DNA of 64,000 nt from positions 224,001 through 288,000 of IMG/VR virus record IMGVR_UViG_3300042009_000026; one strand, written 5' to 3'. How positions within the stretch are numbered: position 1 is the stretch's first letter; each line of letters begins with the position of its first letter. The notes below the pieces were generated by a model. That model was not told where the DNA came from, did not search any database, and saw only the letters and a program-made list of their open reading frames with translations. The position numbers and the translations under genes are program-made. Shown here piece after piece: positions 54,223 through 64,000 of this stretch. This DNA comes from a virus. Taxonomy: Duplodnaviria > Heunggongvirae > Uroviricota > Caudoviricetes.

Positions 54223-57200
54223 TTGCAGTTCCTCTGTAGACACCTACCAGGTGCTTTGACAATTCAGCAAGAAGGATAGTGGTTGTTCCGATCAGCTTAG
54301 GGCTCAGTACCATCCGTTCTTCAACGGAAGTGTTACCGAAGATAAGGTCGATATCCAATCCAGATTTAGTCTGGTTAACGCCACGCATCACACGAGAGAA
54401 TACAGTCTTCATCTGGTTAGCAACTACACCTTTGTCACCGACACCACAAGGGATATCGTGATCGATGTAAACGTTGATTACCAATGACTGAGGTTCAAGA
54501 CCATTACCACGGATGCGGTATTCATGATCCACTTCACCGGAGAAATATTCGTGACCGCGAGATTTAGCTTGCTTCTCACGTTCTTGGTCAGAAGCATAAG
54601 CTACTTGACGAAGGCTATCGGACATCTCATCACGATCGCCGTGATAGAAACATTCGATCTTGGATACGTAACCAACAACCTTGGCACGTGGTGTATAGTT
54701 GGATAGTTTCGCGAGTGTTTCACGCGATACCTCATCAAACACTGAACTCTTACCCGAGTCGGAATCGATAATCGTACATAGAATTGAATCCAAATCCACG
54801 TGATCCCCGATCTTCACCATGCCTTCGATGTTTTGATCAAAGCGTACAGAGATCGATTTGATCTTCGTAGTCTGGGTATTCATCTTAGCGGCACAGCTTT
54901 CGGAAATAACCGATCCGTCTTCCAGTGTGTCCAAGTTGTCACTAAATGCAACGACTGTGTTGACACCGGCTTTCCAGATTACTTGCCCAGGGGACATGCG
55001 ATCGTTCTGGAAATACTTCTCATTATAAGCCAGTGTTTGCCCACGTTTAAATGAATCACCAGCTTTCAGGTCTGAGACGATTGAGTGCGGGTAATGTGTA
55101 CCTGCAGCAGATCCGTGGATCTTACCCATTTGGTACGATGTAGTTTCACCATTCGCATACTCGACAGTAATCCCATGGTCATCAACGGCAACAACCTTAC
55201 CGTCGTCTTCCGCCGCAGAAGCAAAGATGGAGCTAGTCCGCTGAGCAACAATCTGTTCATACCCAGTACGGAGAGGAGTCGGTTCATATCCATCAGCATA
55301 AATCCCTTGTTGTTGTTGGATTGAGATAAAGTTGATACGCTTAGTATCGTCGTTCGTTGTAGCCACACCCAACAGTGCACAAGTCGACAGTTGTCGAGCT
55401 GGACCATCGGTAGTAGGATCGAATGGACGAGTAGTACCACGCATCGTATTGAAGTTAGCATCTGGTGTCAGATAAGCAATAACGCCCACGTCACCGGAGT
55501 CAACTGTAGACTCAGATACTACACCTACGTCAGCTTCACCGTACACACGAGTACGAGCAACCATCGATGTAGTTGAACGACCACCATCACCACGATAGGT
55601 CATGGATTCCTGTTCACGAATGTTAGCCAGTGGGTTAGAATCTTCCACCACCATTACGGTTGGATCTTGACAGATCTTCTTCCATACAACCGAAGGGTCC
55701 ATCACGACTTGAACAGCAGCAGAACCAGTAGCGCCATTGAAACGCTTCACTGCTTTGTTGAGTTCATTATAAACAGCACCCGCCATACGCTCGTAACCAC
55801 GATAACGCATGTATGCACCATCTACTTCAGCAGGCGACCAGTCGATCAGTAACATATCAACAGCACGATACAGCAAGCCGTCAAATGTAGTAGGTTCACC
55901 CATCTGCTTTAACAGACCTTCAGTAATCGGGTCCATCCAAGCTGCGAACAAAGCATCGATCTCTTTAGTGAATCGAGCAGTCATCCCAGTTTCTAACAAG
56001 AGACGCTGATAAACATCAGGCTTATCGAAATCATAGATCGAGAAGTTAGGTAACAGTTTAGCGTATTTCCGCATACCGCCAAGAATCAGTTGTGTACGGT
56101 AATCCCCACGATCAAACACCAGTACTTCGTCTTGGAAGGCGAGTACATAGTTGTCAGAAGAAAGAGGAATACGTTCACCACGACGGTGACGAGTGAACTT
56201 AGCATTCAAACGTTTCAGTGTTGCGGTCAAGCCATACCGGTAACCCAATACGAAAGCCAGTGGAAGATCTTTCGAACCCACGTTCATGAAGGCGCCTTCG
56301 AGTGGAGCTTTGGCTTGATCTAAGCCCAGCATCTCTACAACCGATCCGAGTGGTTCAAGATTGTCCTGGCTCTTAATATAGAACTGACCTGTCTTGTCTA
56401 CTAGGATTGGCGTCTTGCCGTTATGAACACCAACCATCGTGTACTGTTTTGTTTCGTGCTTGGTAGCATCGATCTTGTACTTGGTCTGGAAGTATTCAAT
56501 GTGGTCATCGAACTTGAAGTACAAGAACATAGGACCAGAAGTGAAACCACGGAAAGCAGAACCCAGTTGCGTGTAGACACGAGGCAGTGCATATTCGGAT
56601 TGATCGAGTTCAGCGTAGAGTACGTGAGTAATGCGATCGTCTTCCGGATCTAGACCACGTTCACGAATCTGACGAGTAATCCAAGCATCGTAGTTGTGGG
56701 CGGCCAAATGCGAACGAGTAATGAACGTCTTGTTGTAATACGATGTCATCGCTACTGTATCAGGCTTCACCTTACGGATAGGCAAGTCAGCGCGTTGCAT
56801 ACGCATCCGGTAAGTAACACCGTTAGACATGAATCGACCATCACGGTCAACCACAGGAATACGGAAATAAATAACACCGGACTTACCACGTACAGGCTTC
56901 AATGTAACTTTGTGAATCTCGTAGTGGTTCATTGCGTTACGCACTTCTTCCACTTCGTAGTTCACTACAGAAGTACCTTGTTTCTGTACCGAGAGTACAG
57001 CGTTAATCAAGTCCTTATTACGAAGGGAAGTCTGATACTTACGCTGCATCGCTTTTAGCTTAGAACCCAACATGGACTTGTCGAGTACTGTAGGCGAATC
57101 AGCTAATACCGTATCAGCAGGTAGTTCATAATCTTCTTGAGCATATTCCATCGCTTCTTCAAGAGACTTGTTTGAACCGAATGGATCTTTGATGGTGCGA

Positions 57201-58690
57201 TACGACTGTGCATCAGTCATGGCTTGTTCGAATGTACGTGGAGCAATGATACCCAACTTGTACAGATCGTAAGCCGGTTGAGCAACGCCAGCTACAATGG
57301 GGACTGCTTCAGCCACTTCAGCAGGGATGGCATCGATTCGCTGAGTTTCGACCTTAAGCTCCCGTGGCCGATGAGCCAAGTCAGCATCACCTTCAATTTG
57401 GAGCTTCGTCGTGAAGAGCTCAGCATCCGGCGGTGTATAAGTTGCTCCATCTTCGGAGAAGTCAAGAGTGGGGAGACTAAAGGCCGGGAGATCGAGAGTG
57501 TCTTCGACGTGTGTACTGTCGACTTGACCATCCTCAGTTTCTGTTTCAACACCGTCTTCTTCTTGTTCCTCGTCCAGCTCATCTTTGTGCTTCCCGTTCT
57601 CATCCTCTTCAACATCTACTAATGAGGAGTGATCGATTACTGTGCTCATTACCTCAGCTTGATGACTATATTCTGTCATCGCTGTAAGCAGAGATAATAC
57701 TCGGCGTTGCATAACTGCTGGGGGGAAGAAAGCTTCCATACCCAGGGAATCTACAAAAGACTCAGTAGCAACTTGATTGGTCAAACCGTATTCTTGCATG
57801 ACCCGATGGATGTGATTAAAAGCAGGTTGTTCTTCTGCTTTAATATCCTCGTAGCCGATATCAAAAACTTCTTTACCGAAACGAGTGATAAACTCTTCAA
57901 CCGATACTTCTACATCCGCATCTTTAGAACCATCACGCCATTCATCTAGTGCACCCATGTTCAAAACAATGAACCGATCACGAGCACGGACCAAGAACCA
58001 GATCTTGCTGTACATATCCGGTTGAACTACCGACATCATCGACTGTTCACGGAATGGACCTAACCAACGATACAGATCCCAAATAGAGAACTGTTGTGGC
58101 GTAGTAAACGTCTCCAGCATGGTTTGGTTCTGGTTATCCGACATCCGTTTAAAGGAAGCCAGATCAGGCATGTTCTCTGGAAGATGAATCTCTACGAACT
58201 GTTCCCAACCGAAACGACGGTGAGAAGCAGCAACGTTTTGCCAGAAGGTACGCTGGTTGTTAGACCAACGCAGATACTGGGCTTTGAAGTTATTCTGATA
58301 GATCCACTGAGGGTCCAGCAGATTGTAGTTGAACACCATGACGTTGAGCGGGTTGATTGACAACGCCGCATCTTTAGTCAGGGGTTTGAAGAATGCATTC
58401 TGTTGACGGAACTCCGCCATCAGCTTAGTACCAGTCAATGCACTCTTACGTGGGTTGCCTTCTGTAGATACCAGATGTGACACATGTTCGATGTAGACCT
58501 TACCCATCACGTTGTTAAACAACGGATCAGTTTGGCTAGGTCCACGAACAGCAGTGTTAGGATCAGAGAAGTGAACCACTGAACGATGAGGCAGGAATAG
58601 CTTGTTCAGTGGATGAAGCTTGGGGTTTTGAAGTTTGCCTTGTTCGAAGACAGTATACTGTTTCCGAAACTGTTCAATTGCTAAGCGCAT
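54206..58690 (-). CDS. Virion RNA polymerase beta-subunit N-terminal/major polypeptide (phiKZ gp178-like)
   Basis: G.FMSNG..Y, ESTVDSGDVG, TTNDDTKRI..ISIQQQQ, LRTGYE, LEDGSVISES, VGDKG....QMK and IDLIF are all RpoB landmark motifs. Confidence 0.92.
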   Translation of the reverse strand: MRLAIEQFRKQYTVFEQGKLQNPKLHPLNKLFLPHRSVVHFSDPNTAVRGPSQTDPLFNNVMGKVYIEHVSHLVSTEGNPRKSALTGTKLMAEFRQQNAFFKPLTKDAALSINPLNVMVFNYNLLDPQWIYQNNFKAQYLRWSNNQRTFWQNVAASHRRFGWEQFVEIHLPENMPDLASFKRMSDNQNQTMLETFTTPQQFSIWDLYRWLGPFREQSMMSVVQPDMYSKIWFLVRARDRFIVLNMGALDEWRDGSKDADVEVSVEEFITRFGKEVFDIGYEDIKAEEQPAFNHIHRVMQEYGLTNQVATESFVDSLGMEAFFPPAVMQRRVLSLLTAMTEYSHQAEVMSTVIDHSSLVDVEEDENGKHKDELDEEQEEDGVETETEDGQVDSTHVEDTLDLPAFSLPTLDFSEDGATYTPPDAELFTTKLQIEGDADLAHRPRELKVETQRIDAIPAEVAEAVPIVAGVAQPAYDLYKLGIIAPRTFEQAMTDAQSYRTIKDPFGSNKSLEEAMEYAQEDYELPADTVLADSPTVLDKSMLGSKLKAMQRKYQTSLRNKDLINAVLSVQKQGTSVVNYEVEEVRNAMNHYEIHKVTLKPVRGKSGVIYFRIPVVDRDGRFMSNGVTYRMRMQRADLPIRKVKPDTVAMTSYYNKTFITRSHLAAHNYDAWITRQIRERGLDPEDDRITHVLYAELDQSEYALPRVYTQLGSAFRGFTSGPMFLYFKFDDHIEYFQTKYKIDATKHETKQYTMVGVHNGKTPILVDKTGQFYIKSQDNLEPLGSVVEMLGLDQAKAPLEGAFMNVGSKDLPLAFVLGYRYGLTATLKRLNAKFTRHRRGERIPLSSDNYVLAFQDEVLVFDRGDYRTQLILGGMRKYAKLLPNFSIYDFDKPDVYQRLLLETGMTARFTKEIDALFAAWMDPITEGLLKQMGEPTTFDGLLYRAVDMLLIDWSPAEVDGAYMRYRGYERMAGAVYNELNKAVKRFNGATGSAAVQVVMDPSVVWKKICQDPTVMVVEDSNPLANIREQESMTYRGDGGRSTTSMVARTRVYGEADVGVVSESTVDSGDVGVIAYLTPDANFNTMRGTTRPFDPTTDGPARQLSTCALLGVATTNDDTKRINFISIQQQQGIYADGYEPTPLRTGYEQIVAQRTSSIFASAAEDDGKVVAVDDHGITVEYANGETTSYQMGKIHGSAAGTHYPHSIVSDLKAGDSFKRGQTLAYNEKYFQNDRMSPGQVIWKAGVNTVVAFSDNLDTLEDGSVISESCAAKMNTQTTKIKSISVRFDQNIEGMVKIGDHVDLDSILCTIIDSDSGKSSVFDEVSRETLAKLSNYTPRAKVVGYVSKIECFYHGDRDEMSDSLRQVAYASDQEREKQAKSRGHEYFSGEVDHEYRIRGNGLEPQSLVINVYIDHDIPCGVGDKGVVANQMKTVFSRVMRGVNQTKSGLDIDLIFGNTSVEERMVLSPKLIGTTTILLAELSKHLVGVYRGTANAKSK

Positions 58691-58692
58691 GT

Positions 58693-60345
58693 TTAAGTCC
58701 TTGGTTTTGGATCGCCAGTCATATACCGGAGTACCAGGTTAACGGTGTGAATGGTTGAACTAAAAGCCAGACCACCCGTAGCATTCATGTAAGCAATGCG
58801 GGAGCGGAAGAAGTTATCCATTTCCTCGATAGACTCTTTACCGTAAACAATGTTCACCGATACCGTGTCACCGTCGAAGTCCGCACCCAGAGGGGAAAGG
58901 ATAGAAGGCGATACAGAAGTCGAGTCGTGCCATTGTGCAGCCTTACCCACTTCAAGGATAGGGTACTCAAGAGCAGTAGGGGCATCAGGATCACGTTTAA
59001 AGTCTGGACCGAGTGGATAGCGTAGTTCACCTGTCACAGTAGTCTTCACGTAGATAGACACTGGGATAGAACTGTTGTAGTTTTCTACGGGGTAACGAGT
59101 TACGAACCCACGCAGTTTATACCACATATTTAATCCGCTCAGGTAGATCAGCTCGGAGTAAGTAATCGGGCGTGCCCACTTCTGATCGAAACCAGGTGGG
59201 ATATCGTTGATGTCTCGAATGATACGATAGTTCTTCTTATCATCCAAATACACCAAAGCTAGATAGTGATCAGCAACTTCAATAGGACGTGAACGTTTCT
59301 CGATAACTTCGAGTTCATTCATTACACGCTCCAAACCCTGAGGTGTAGACCATGTATCCATATCGTCAACCGATACATCCACCCATTCACGCACTAACGT
59401 CTTCTTGTTAACCAGTTCTACTCGGTTAGACATTGTATCGAAGATATCTCCGATCACTGAAGTACGCATGCCATAGATCGTCTTAGGAGCTGCACCACGA
59501 GAAGCTTGGTGTAGGCCAATCACACAGTCTTTAAACTTAGGACGGTTAGGTTCACCCAAGTCAGCTGCGTTAGTATCCATAGAAGAGATAACGTTACGAG
59601 TGCCGTTGAACACTCGACGAGAAGCCCACTTAGATTGTACATAACCTGACTTACCAGAAATCAGTTTCTCGAAGTGGTCGTAGATCTCCTGTACCTTCAG
59701 CTGCATGGCTACACGACGGCGATCATACATCGACAGATCAGCCCCTTGACCGAAGTGTTCTGGGATACCTGTAGACTGTTGCAGCAATACGCGATAGATG
59801 TCATTGATCTCATCGTATTCGATTCGACCATCGGGGTTAGGCTCAGCATCACGATAACCAGCAGGGATAACCAACATGGAATCCATAGTGGAACGATCAC
59901 GGTTCTCATTGACCAACTTCAAACGAACTCGACGAATATCAGAATCCGTTTCCTTAAATACTACACGCTTCCAATTATCAAAGAAGAACGTATAACCTGT
60001 TTGTCCATCCAACTCAGATGCTTTAACAAAATCTTTGGTCTCTTCATCGAATACGGCATAAGCACGACCGAGCAAGATTTCCTCATAGAAGCCTTTCAGC
60101 TTCAGGATGTTACGATACACTAGGGGATGGATTACAGGGAGACCCAATTTGATGTAACCGAAGTTACTCTCCCGTTCGTGACTGCCTGGCCGTCCGAAGA
60201 TAGAAACGGAGAACAAGCCCTCTTCATGGAAGTTGCCCCCACTACCCACGAAGATCTCGTGTGAGGTTACTCGCCCTAAACGGGAGAGCATATTTCTGTC
60301 TGGGATTAGCAGAGCAATGTTGAAAGGTAATAACGCCTTTTTCAT
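58693..60345 (-). CDS. Virion RNA polymerase beta'-subunit catalytic polypeptide (phiKZ gp180-like)
   Basis: GLFS..IFG, FGYIKL, GKSG.V...RRV....RNVI, TRYP and the catalytic ADFDGD. Start is ATG 60345 (MKKALLPF). Confidence 0.93.
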   Translation of the reverse strand: MKKALLPFNIALLIPDRNMLSRLGRVTSHEIFVGSGGNFHEEGLFSVSIFGRPGSHERESNFGYIKLGLPVIHPLVYRNILKLKGFYEEILLGRAYAVFDEETKDFVKASELDGQTGYTFFFDNWKRVVFKETDSDIRRVRLKLVNENRDRSTMDSMLVIPAGYRDAEPNPDGRIEYDEINDIYRVLLQQSTGIPEHFGQGADLSMYDRRRVAMQLKVQEIYDHFEKLISGKSGYVQSKWASRRVFNGTRNVISSMDTNAADLGEPNRPKFKDCVIGLHQASRGAAPKTIYGMRTSVIGDIFDTMSNRVELVNKKTLVREWVDVSVDDMDTWSTPQGLERVMNELEVIEKRSRPIEVADHYLALVYLDDKKNYRIIRDINDIPPGFDQKWARPITYSELIYLSGLNMWYKLRGFVTRYPVENYNSSIPVSIYVKTTVTGELRYPLGPDFKRDPDAPTALEYPILEVGKAAQWHDSTSVSPSILSPLGADFDGDTVSVNIVYGKESIEEMDNFFRSRIAYMNATGGLAFSSTIHTVNLVLRYMTGDPKPRT

Positions 60346-60398
60346 CTTTCGGGTCCTTTTGGGGTTAACGATATGAAGTTCATGTCTGGAGTTTGACC

Positions 60399-63300
60399 AT
60401 GGCAAGCAATAAAACAAAATTAGCAGAAGCTAGTAATAAGTCAGCATTTGATTTCGATGATGACTTTGGTGGCTTCGATGATGATCCGCTTGGTGGCAGT
60501 AAAAAGTCTCCTGTCCAGCAATTCATGTCCGGTTTTAAAGACGGGATCATCGATACAAGTAAAAATAAAAGTCTGTTAAAAGCATTTTTAACAAACGGCG
60601 CCCCTAAGGGTTATGACCGCTTATTCGGCATGTACGATTCAGCGAAGTCATCCGTAGGTTCTTTGAAAGATCACTTGGAGAGAACTAACCCAGGTGACCT
60701 GCAATACCTTTTCAAACGAGCAGAGTCTTTCTTGCCGTCAATGAAAGGTAAACTATCCGAGACAACTTACGATCGGATTAATACGGCTCTATCCAATAAG
60801 GCTGAGCAGTACAAATATCAAATTGAAGCGAACCAAGATCAGGGTCGTTTAGCTATCCGTCGTCAGAAGGTGGAAGACGAAGCAACGATCAAACAAGGCT
60901 TGGGTGAAGATCTTCGTAGTGCAGTAGACCAAGGGACTGTTGTTCAACGCAATTTGTTCAACATGGGTCAGGAAGCTGACCAGCGTCGCTGGGACCTCGA
61001 ACGTATTGAACGTGGCCTACGTGACCAAGTCGATAACAAACACCAGCAGAACGTAGCACGTGGGCTTGCACAGGCAGTTGATGCACTGACTCGCACATCG
61101 TCTTACATGGAACAAGTAGATTACGATTTTAAACGTAAAGGTTTGGAATTACAGTTCCGTTCGTATCAAGCACTGCGTGATATGTCCAAGATGGCTGAAG
61201 CTTCTCTGCAAATGCAGAACAAAGCATTCCAAGCTCTGGTTCGTAACACTGGATTACCTGACCACTTAAAGTCTTCAATGAAAGACTTAGTCGGTATGAA
61301 CGTACGTCAAGGCATGGCTAATGCCGGTACTTCGATGGTGGGTAGATCCCTATCGAGTTTCCTCGGTGGCTATGGCAGTGATGTACAGAATCGCGTTAAT
61401 AGTAAAGCATCTGGTGCACTGAGTGGAATTGTACAGGGTCTACAAACTGGCGAGTCCATGTCAGGTATGTGGGGTCAACGTTATCAACTGGCTGGTAACT
61501 TAGCAGCTGATGGTGTTCACAGTTTAGCTCGTAACACCATTGCACCGATCTTAGGACGTATGGCTCGTCCTGCTATGACCCGGATGTCTAATAAACACGG
61601 TAAGGGCAAACACAACCAAATCGGCTATATGGCTGATAACATGCCAGCCATGCTGCAAGAGTTCGTGAACAACTATCAGAACTCGTATGGCGCTAAAGGC
61701 GTACTGCAGGATATGCTGCGTCCATTCGCTCCGCAATTCGGTTTGGATCAATCTACCAAAGCAGGCAGCTATCAAACAATTGGCCAGCACACAGCCTTCA
61801 ACCAATTGTCACAGCGTTCCCTGACTGAGATCCTCCCAGGATTCCAAGCTCGTATCTTACGTGAACTGCGTATGATGCGCACAGGTAAAGACGATGTTCC
61901 TTTAGAAGTGTTCGATATCACTAAAGGTATTTTCACTACTTCTAAAGATGCACAGAGTAGCATCAAAGATCGTATTGTCTCTAAAGGCGTTACGCGAATG
62001 GTATCTGGTCAGATCAACGATACCATGGACCATATCGACTCCGAAGGTAAGTTGTCACCTGGTGCCCGTAAGGCATTGAGCGAACGTCTGTTGCGGGATG
62101 CTTCTTCTAACAAACGTTTCGATCCAATGAAGTACGGGTCGAAGTATGGTTATAAAGAAGGGACTTCTAAGGAAACTTTACAAGAACTGGAAGACTTCTT
62201 TAATAGTCAGTTTGAAAAGGATTCGAAAGGTAAGTTTGCTGATACCGCTAAGAACCATGAGAAACGTAAAGGCATGTCGGACAAGTTCCTAGACATCCGT
62301 AACGTATCGCGTGATCCAGCACAAGAGATCCACCGTTTGATCGAAGCTGGTGATACTGGCCAACTCCGTGAATTGGGTATCTTGACGACTGAGCAAGGTG
62401 TCGATCGTATCAACTACCAGATGCTGTGGAAAATGATGTCAGCAGACGTCAGCATGAAACATGCTGGTACTGGTGCGAATTACCATGATGCAGCCAGTGA
62501 CTCAAGTAATAAGAACTTTGTTGGTCCACACTTCCCTGGGGCTTTCTCGGCCCGTGCTCAGAATGGCGCTATCCAGTTCATGGATAAGAATGGCCAACGC
62601 ATGAAAGATGGTGCTAAACGCATCGGTAGTGGCGCTCGTGATCTCATGGATCAGTTTAAGTCTGACCCAATGCAGTTTATGCGGGATCAGTACAATCAAG
62701 GTTCTACCGCTGTTAAAGGCCGGGTAGATAATCTACGTGATTCGGCTAGTGCCGCAGCTGCAGCAGCTCAAGCTGGTGGGCTCCCAGCGATTATGGAACA
62801 CTTCTCTGCTCAAGAGAAACTTGACTTTGCTAAAGCTTTGCTGAACAACGTTATCGATAAAGAACCTCCAGCAATGAAGGAAGCTCGGTTGCAGATGGCT
62901 CAGGCTATTATCAACTCGATTTCGTCTGGTAAAGAAGCTGGTCAGAAATTGTTGGCAACTGAGGGTGGTCAGAAAGCATTAGCAGCAGGTAACAATGCTT
63001 TAGCTTTAGGTCATGACAAAATTGACCAAATCCGTCAGTCTCAGGCTATGGGTATTGTCGATCTTAAACTAGAAGGTGCTAACGATACGCTTATTAAAGC
63101 TATCGACATTATCCAAGGTAAGTTGATTGACGTTAATACCGGTAAACTCATTGAGAAAGCTTCTGACATTACGGGTGAAGTTCGTAACCACTTAGGTCAA
63201 CAAGTTGCATCCGCTGAAGAAGTAGCCCGTGGTCTTTATGACAACCGTGGCCAACTGATGGCGCAAGCCAAGTCAAAACTTGATGCAGTGCAGAAAGTTA

Positions 63301-64000
63301 TTGCAGCCCATGCACAGAAAGGAGTAGACACAGCCAAAGCTAAGATGGATGACATGAAAGATTGGTGCCTTGAAGGTTCCGATAAAGTCATCATCAAAGC
63401 ACGTGATCTGATCGAAGGTAATATCATCGATGAAGAAACTGGACAACCAATCTATTCGTTGGATGACATCAAAGGCAATATCACAGACAAATACGGTTTG
63501 TTGATTGCTACCGCTCAGGAACTGGGTCGCGGCTTGCGTTCCACTGATAATACCAAGTTCGATATGGCTGATGTCAAATCGAAAGCTGCTAAGATGGCTT
63601 CACAACTCTGGCGTGGGAATACCACACAGAACATCTTTGCTGGTATGAAAACAGCTGGGCGTGTGGCTTGGATGTTAGCCCGTAATACCGCTACTCGACT
63701 CATGGGTGATCGTGATGCTTATCTACCAGGTAAACTCAAGCCAGTCCTTACAGTTGAGAAACTGAAAGAAGGCGGGTACCTAGATGGTGATCATAAACCA
63801 TACACTTCGTTCTCCGATATCAATGGTCCTGTATTTGATGCAGAATCTGGTGAACCTATCCTGGACAAAGATGAGTTGAAATTACTCGTTGAGTCCACAG
63901 GTAAGACACACAAGATCGCTAAGAATCGTGGTTTGATGCGTCGTGTGATGAAAGCGACTGTGGGTAAAGCTGCAGCCGGTTACTGGAACCTTACCAAGAA
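60399..64000 (+). CDS. Tape-measure/tail lysin protein, N-terminal part (phiKZ gp181-like; runs off the window)
   Basis: GGAG RBS and ATG 60399 (MASNKTKLAEASNKSAFDFDDDFGGFDDD...). The same frame is coding where I checked it at 63060-63880. Divergent from the beta' gene. Presumably absent from the ORF track because it has no stop in the window. Confidence 0.8.
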   Translation, partial: MASNKTKLAEASNKSAFDFDDDFGGFDDDPLGGSKKSPVQQFMSGFKDGIIDTSKNKSLLKAFLTNGAPKGYDRLFGMYDSAKSSVGSLKDHLERTNPGDLQYLFKRAESFLPSMKGKLSETTYDRINTALSNKAEQYKYQIEANQDQGRLAIRRQKVEDEATIKQGLGEDLRSAVDQGTVVQRNLFNMGQEADQRRWDLERIERGLRDQVDNKHQQNVARGLAQAVDALTRTSSYMEQVDYDFKRKGLELQFRSYQALRDMSKMAEASLQMQNKAFQALVRNTGLPDHLKSSMKDLVGMNVRQGMANAGTSMVGRSLSSFLGGYGSDVQNRVNSKASGALSGIVQGLQTGESMSGMWGQRYQLAGNLAADGVHSLARNTIAPILGRMARPAMTRMSNKHGKGKHNQIGYMADNMPAMLQEFVNNYQNSYGAKGVLQDMLRPFAPQFGLDQSTKAGSYQTIGQHTAFNQLSQRSLTEILPGFQARILRELRMMRTGKDDVPLEVFDITKGIFTTSKDAQSSIKDRIVSKGVTRMVSGQINDTMDHIDSEGKLSPGARKALSERLLRDASSNKRFDPMKYGSKYGYKEGTSKETLQELEDFFNSQFEKDSKGKFADTAKNHEKRKGMSDKFLDIRNVSRDPAQEIHRLIEAGDTGQLRELGILTTEQGVDRINYQMLWKMMSADVSMKHAGTGANYHDAASDSSNKNFVGPHFPGAFSARAQNGAIQFMDKNGQRMKDGAKRIGSGARDLMDQFKSDPMQFMRDQYNQGSTAVKGRVDNLRDSASAAAAAAQAGGLPAIMEHFSAQEKLDFAKALLNNVIDKEPPAMKEARLQMAQAIINSISSGKEAGQKLLATEGGQKALAAGNNALALGHDKIDQIRQSQAMGIVDLKLEGANDTLIKAIDIIQGKLIDVNTGKLIEKASDITGEVRNHLGQQVASAEEVARGLYDNRGQLMAQAKSKLDAVQKVIAAHAQKGVDTAKAKMDDMKDWCLEGSDKVIIKARDLIEGNIIDEETGQPIYSLDDIKGNITDKYGLLIATAQELGRGLRSTDNTKFDMADVKSKAAKMASQLWRGNTTQNIFAGMKTAGRVAWMLARNTATRLMGDRDAYLPGKLKPVLTVEKLKEGGYLDGDHKPYTSFSDINGPVFDAESGEPILDKDELKLLVESTGKTHKIAKNRGLMRRVMKATVGKAAAGYWNLTK

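Noticed and set aside
54206-60345. Introns, inteins or homing endonucleases in the RNAP genes
   Set aside because: Both ORFs are continuous and 2 nt apart. I saw no HNH/LAGLIDADG ORF or intein terminal motifs.
1-64000. tRNA/rRNA genes or stop-codon reassignment
   Set aside because: No cloverleaf or T-loop signatures were noticed in the short intergenic gaps. Genes are intact in the standard code and use TAA, TAG and TGA as stops.

Overview
A 64-kb, gene-dense segment of a phiKZ-like (Chimalliviridae-type) jumbo phage, probably infecting Pseudomonas. The host is inferred from synteny, not shown directly. 1-26.5 kb is a receptor-binding and tail module. It holds at least eight consecutive beta-helix tailspike/depolymerase genes, sorted into classes by shared N-terminal anchor peptides. 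These are followed by adaptor genes, a 1360-aa collagen-like fibre ending in tandem foldon-like motifs, and four paralogous baseplate/fibre genes. 26.5-64 kb follows my recollection of phiKZ gene order gp149-gp181: virion RNA polymerase subunits, UvsX/RecA, RNase H, a candidate spanin pair, head proteins, PAAR and central spike, SbcC, a small early-gene island with TATATTAC promoters, the prohead protease, and the start of the tape-measure gene. The most striking observation is two in-register -1 slippery heptamers: A_AAA_AAG at 38031-38037 (+) and G_GGA_AAG at 52401-52395 (-). Each lies at the very 3' end of a head-protein gene, has downstream hairpin potential, and opens into a -1 frame ORF with no convincing start or RBS. 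Each junction also carries an S-x-E prohead-protease motif. This suggests a 'frameshift-fuse, package, then cleave' route for loading low-copy cargo proteins, one of them ParB-like, into the capsid. phiKZ gp numbers rest on synteny and motif recall, not on a database search.
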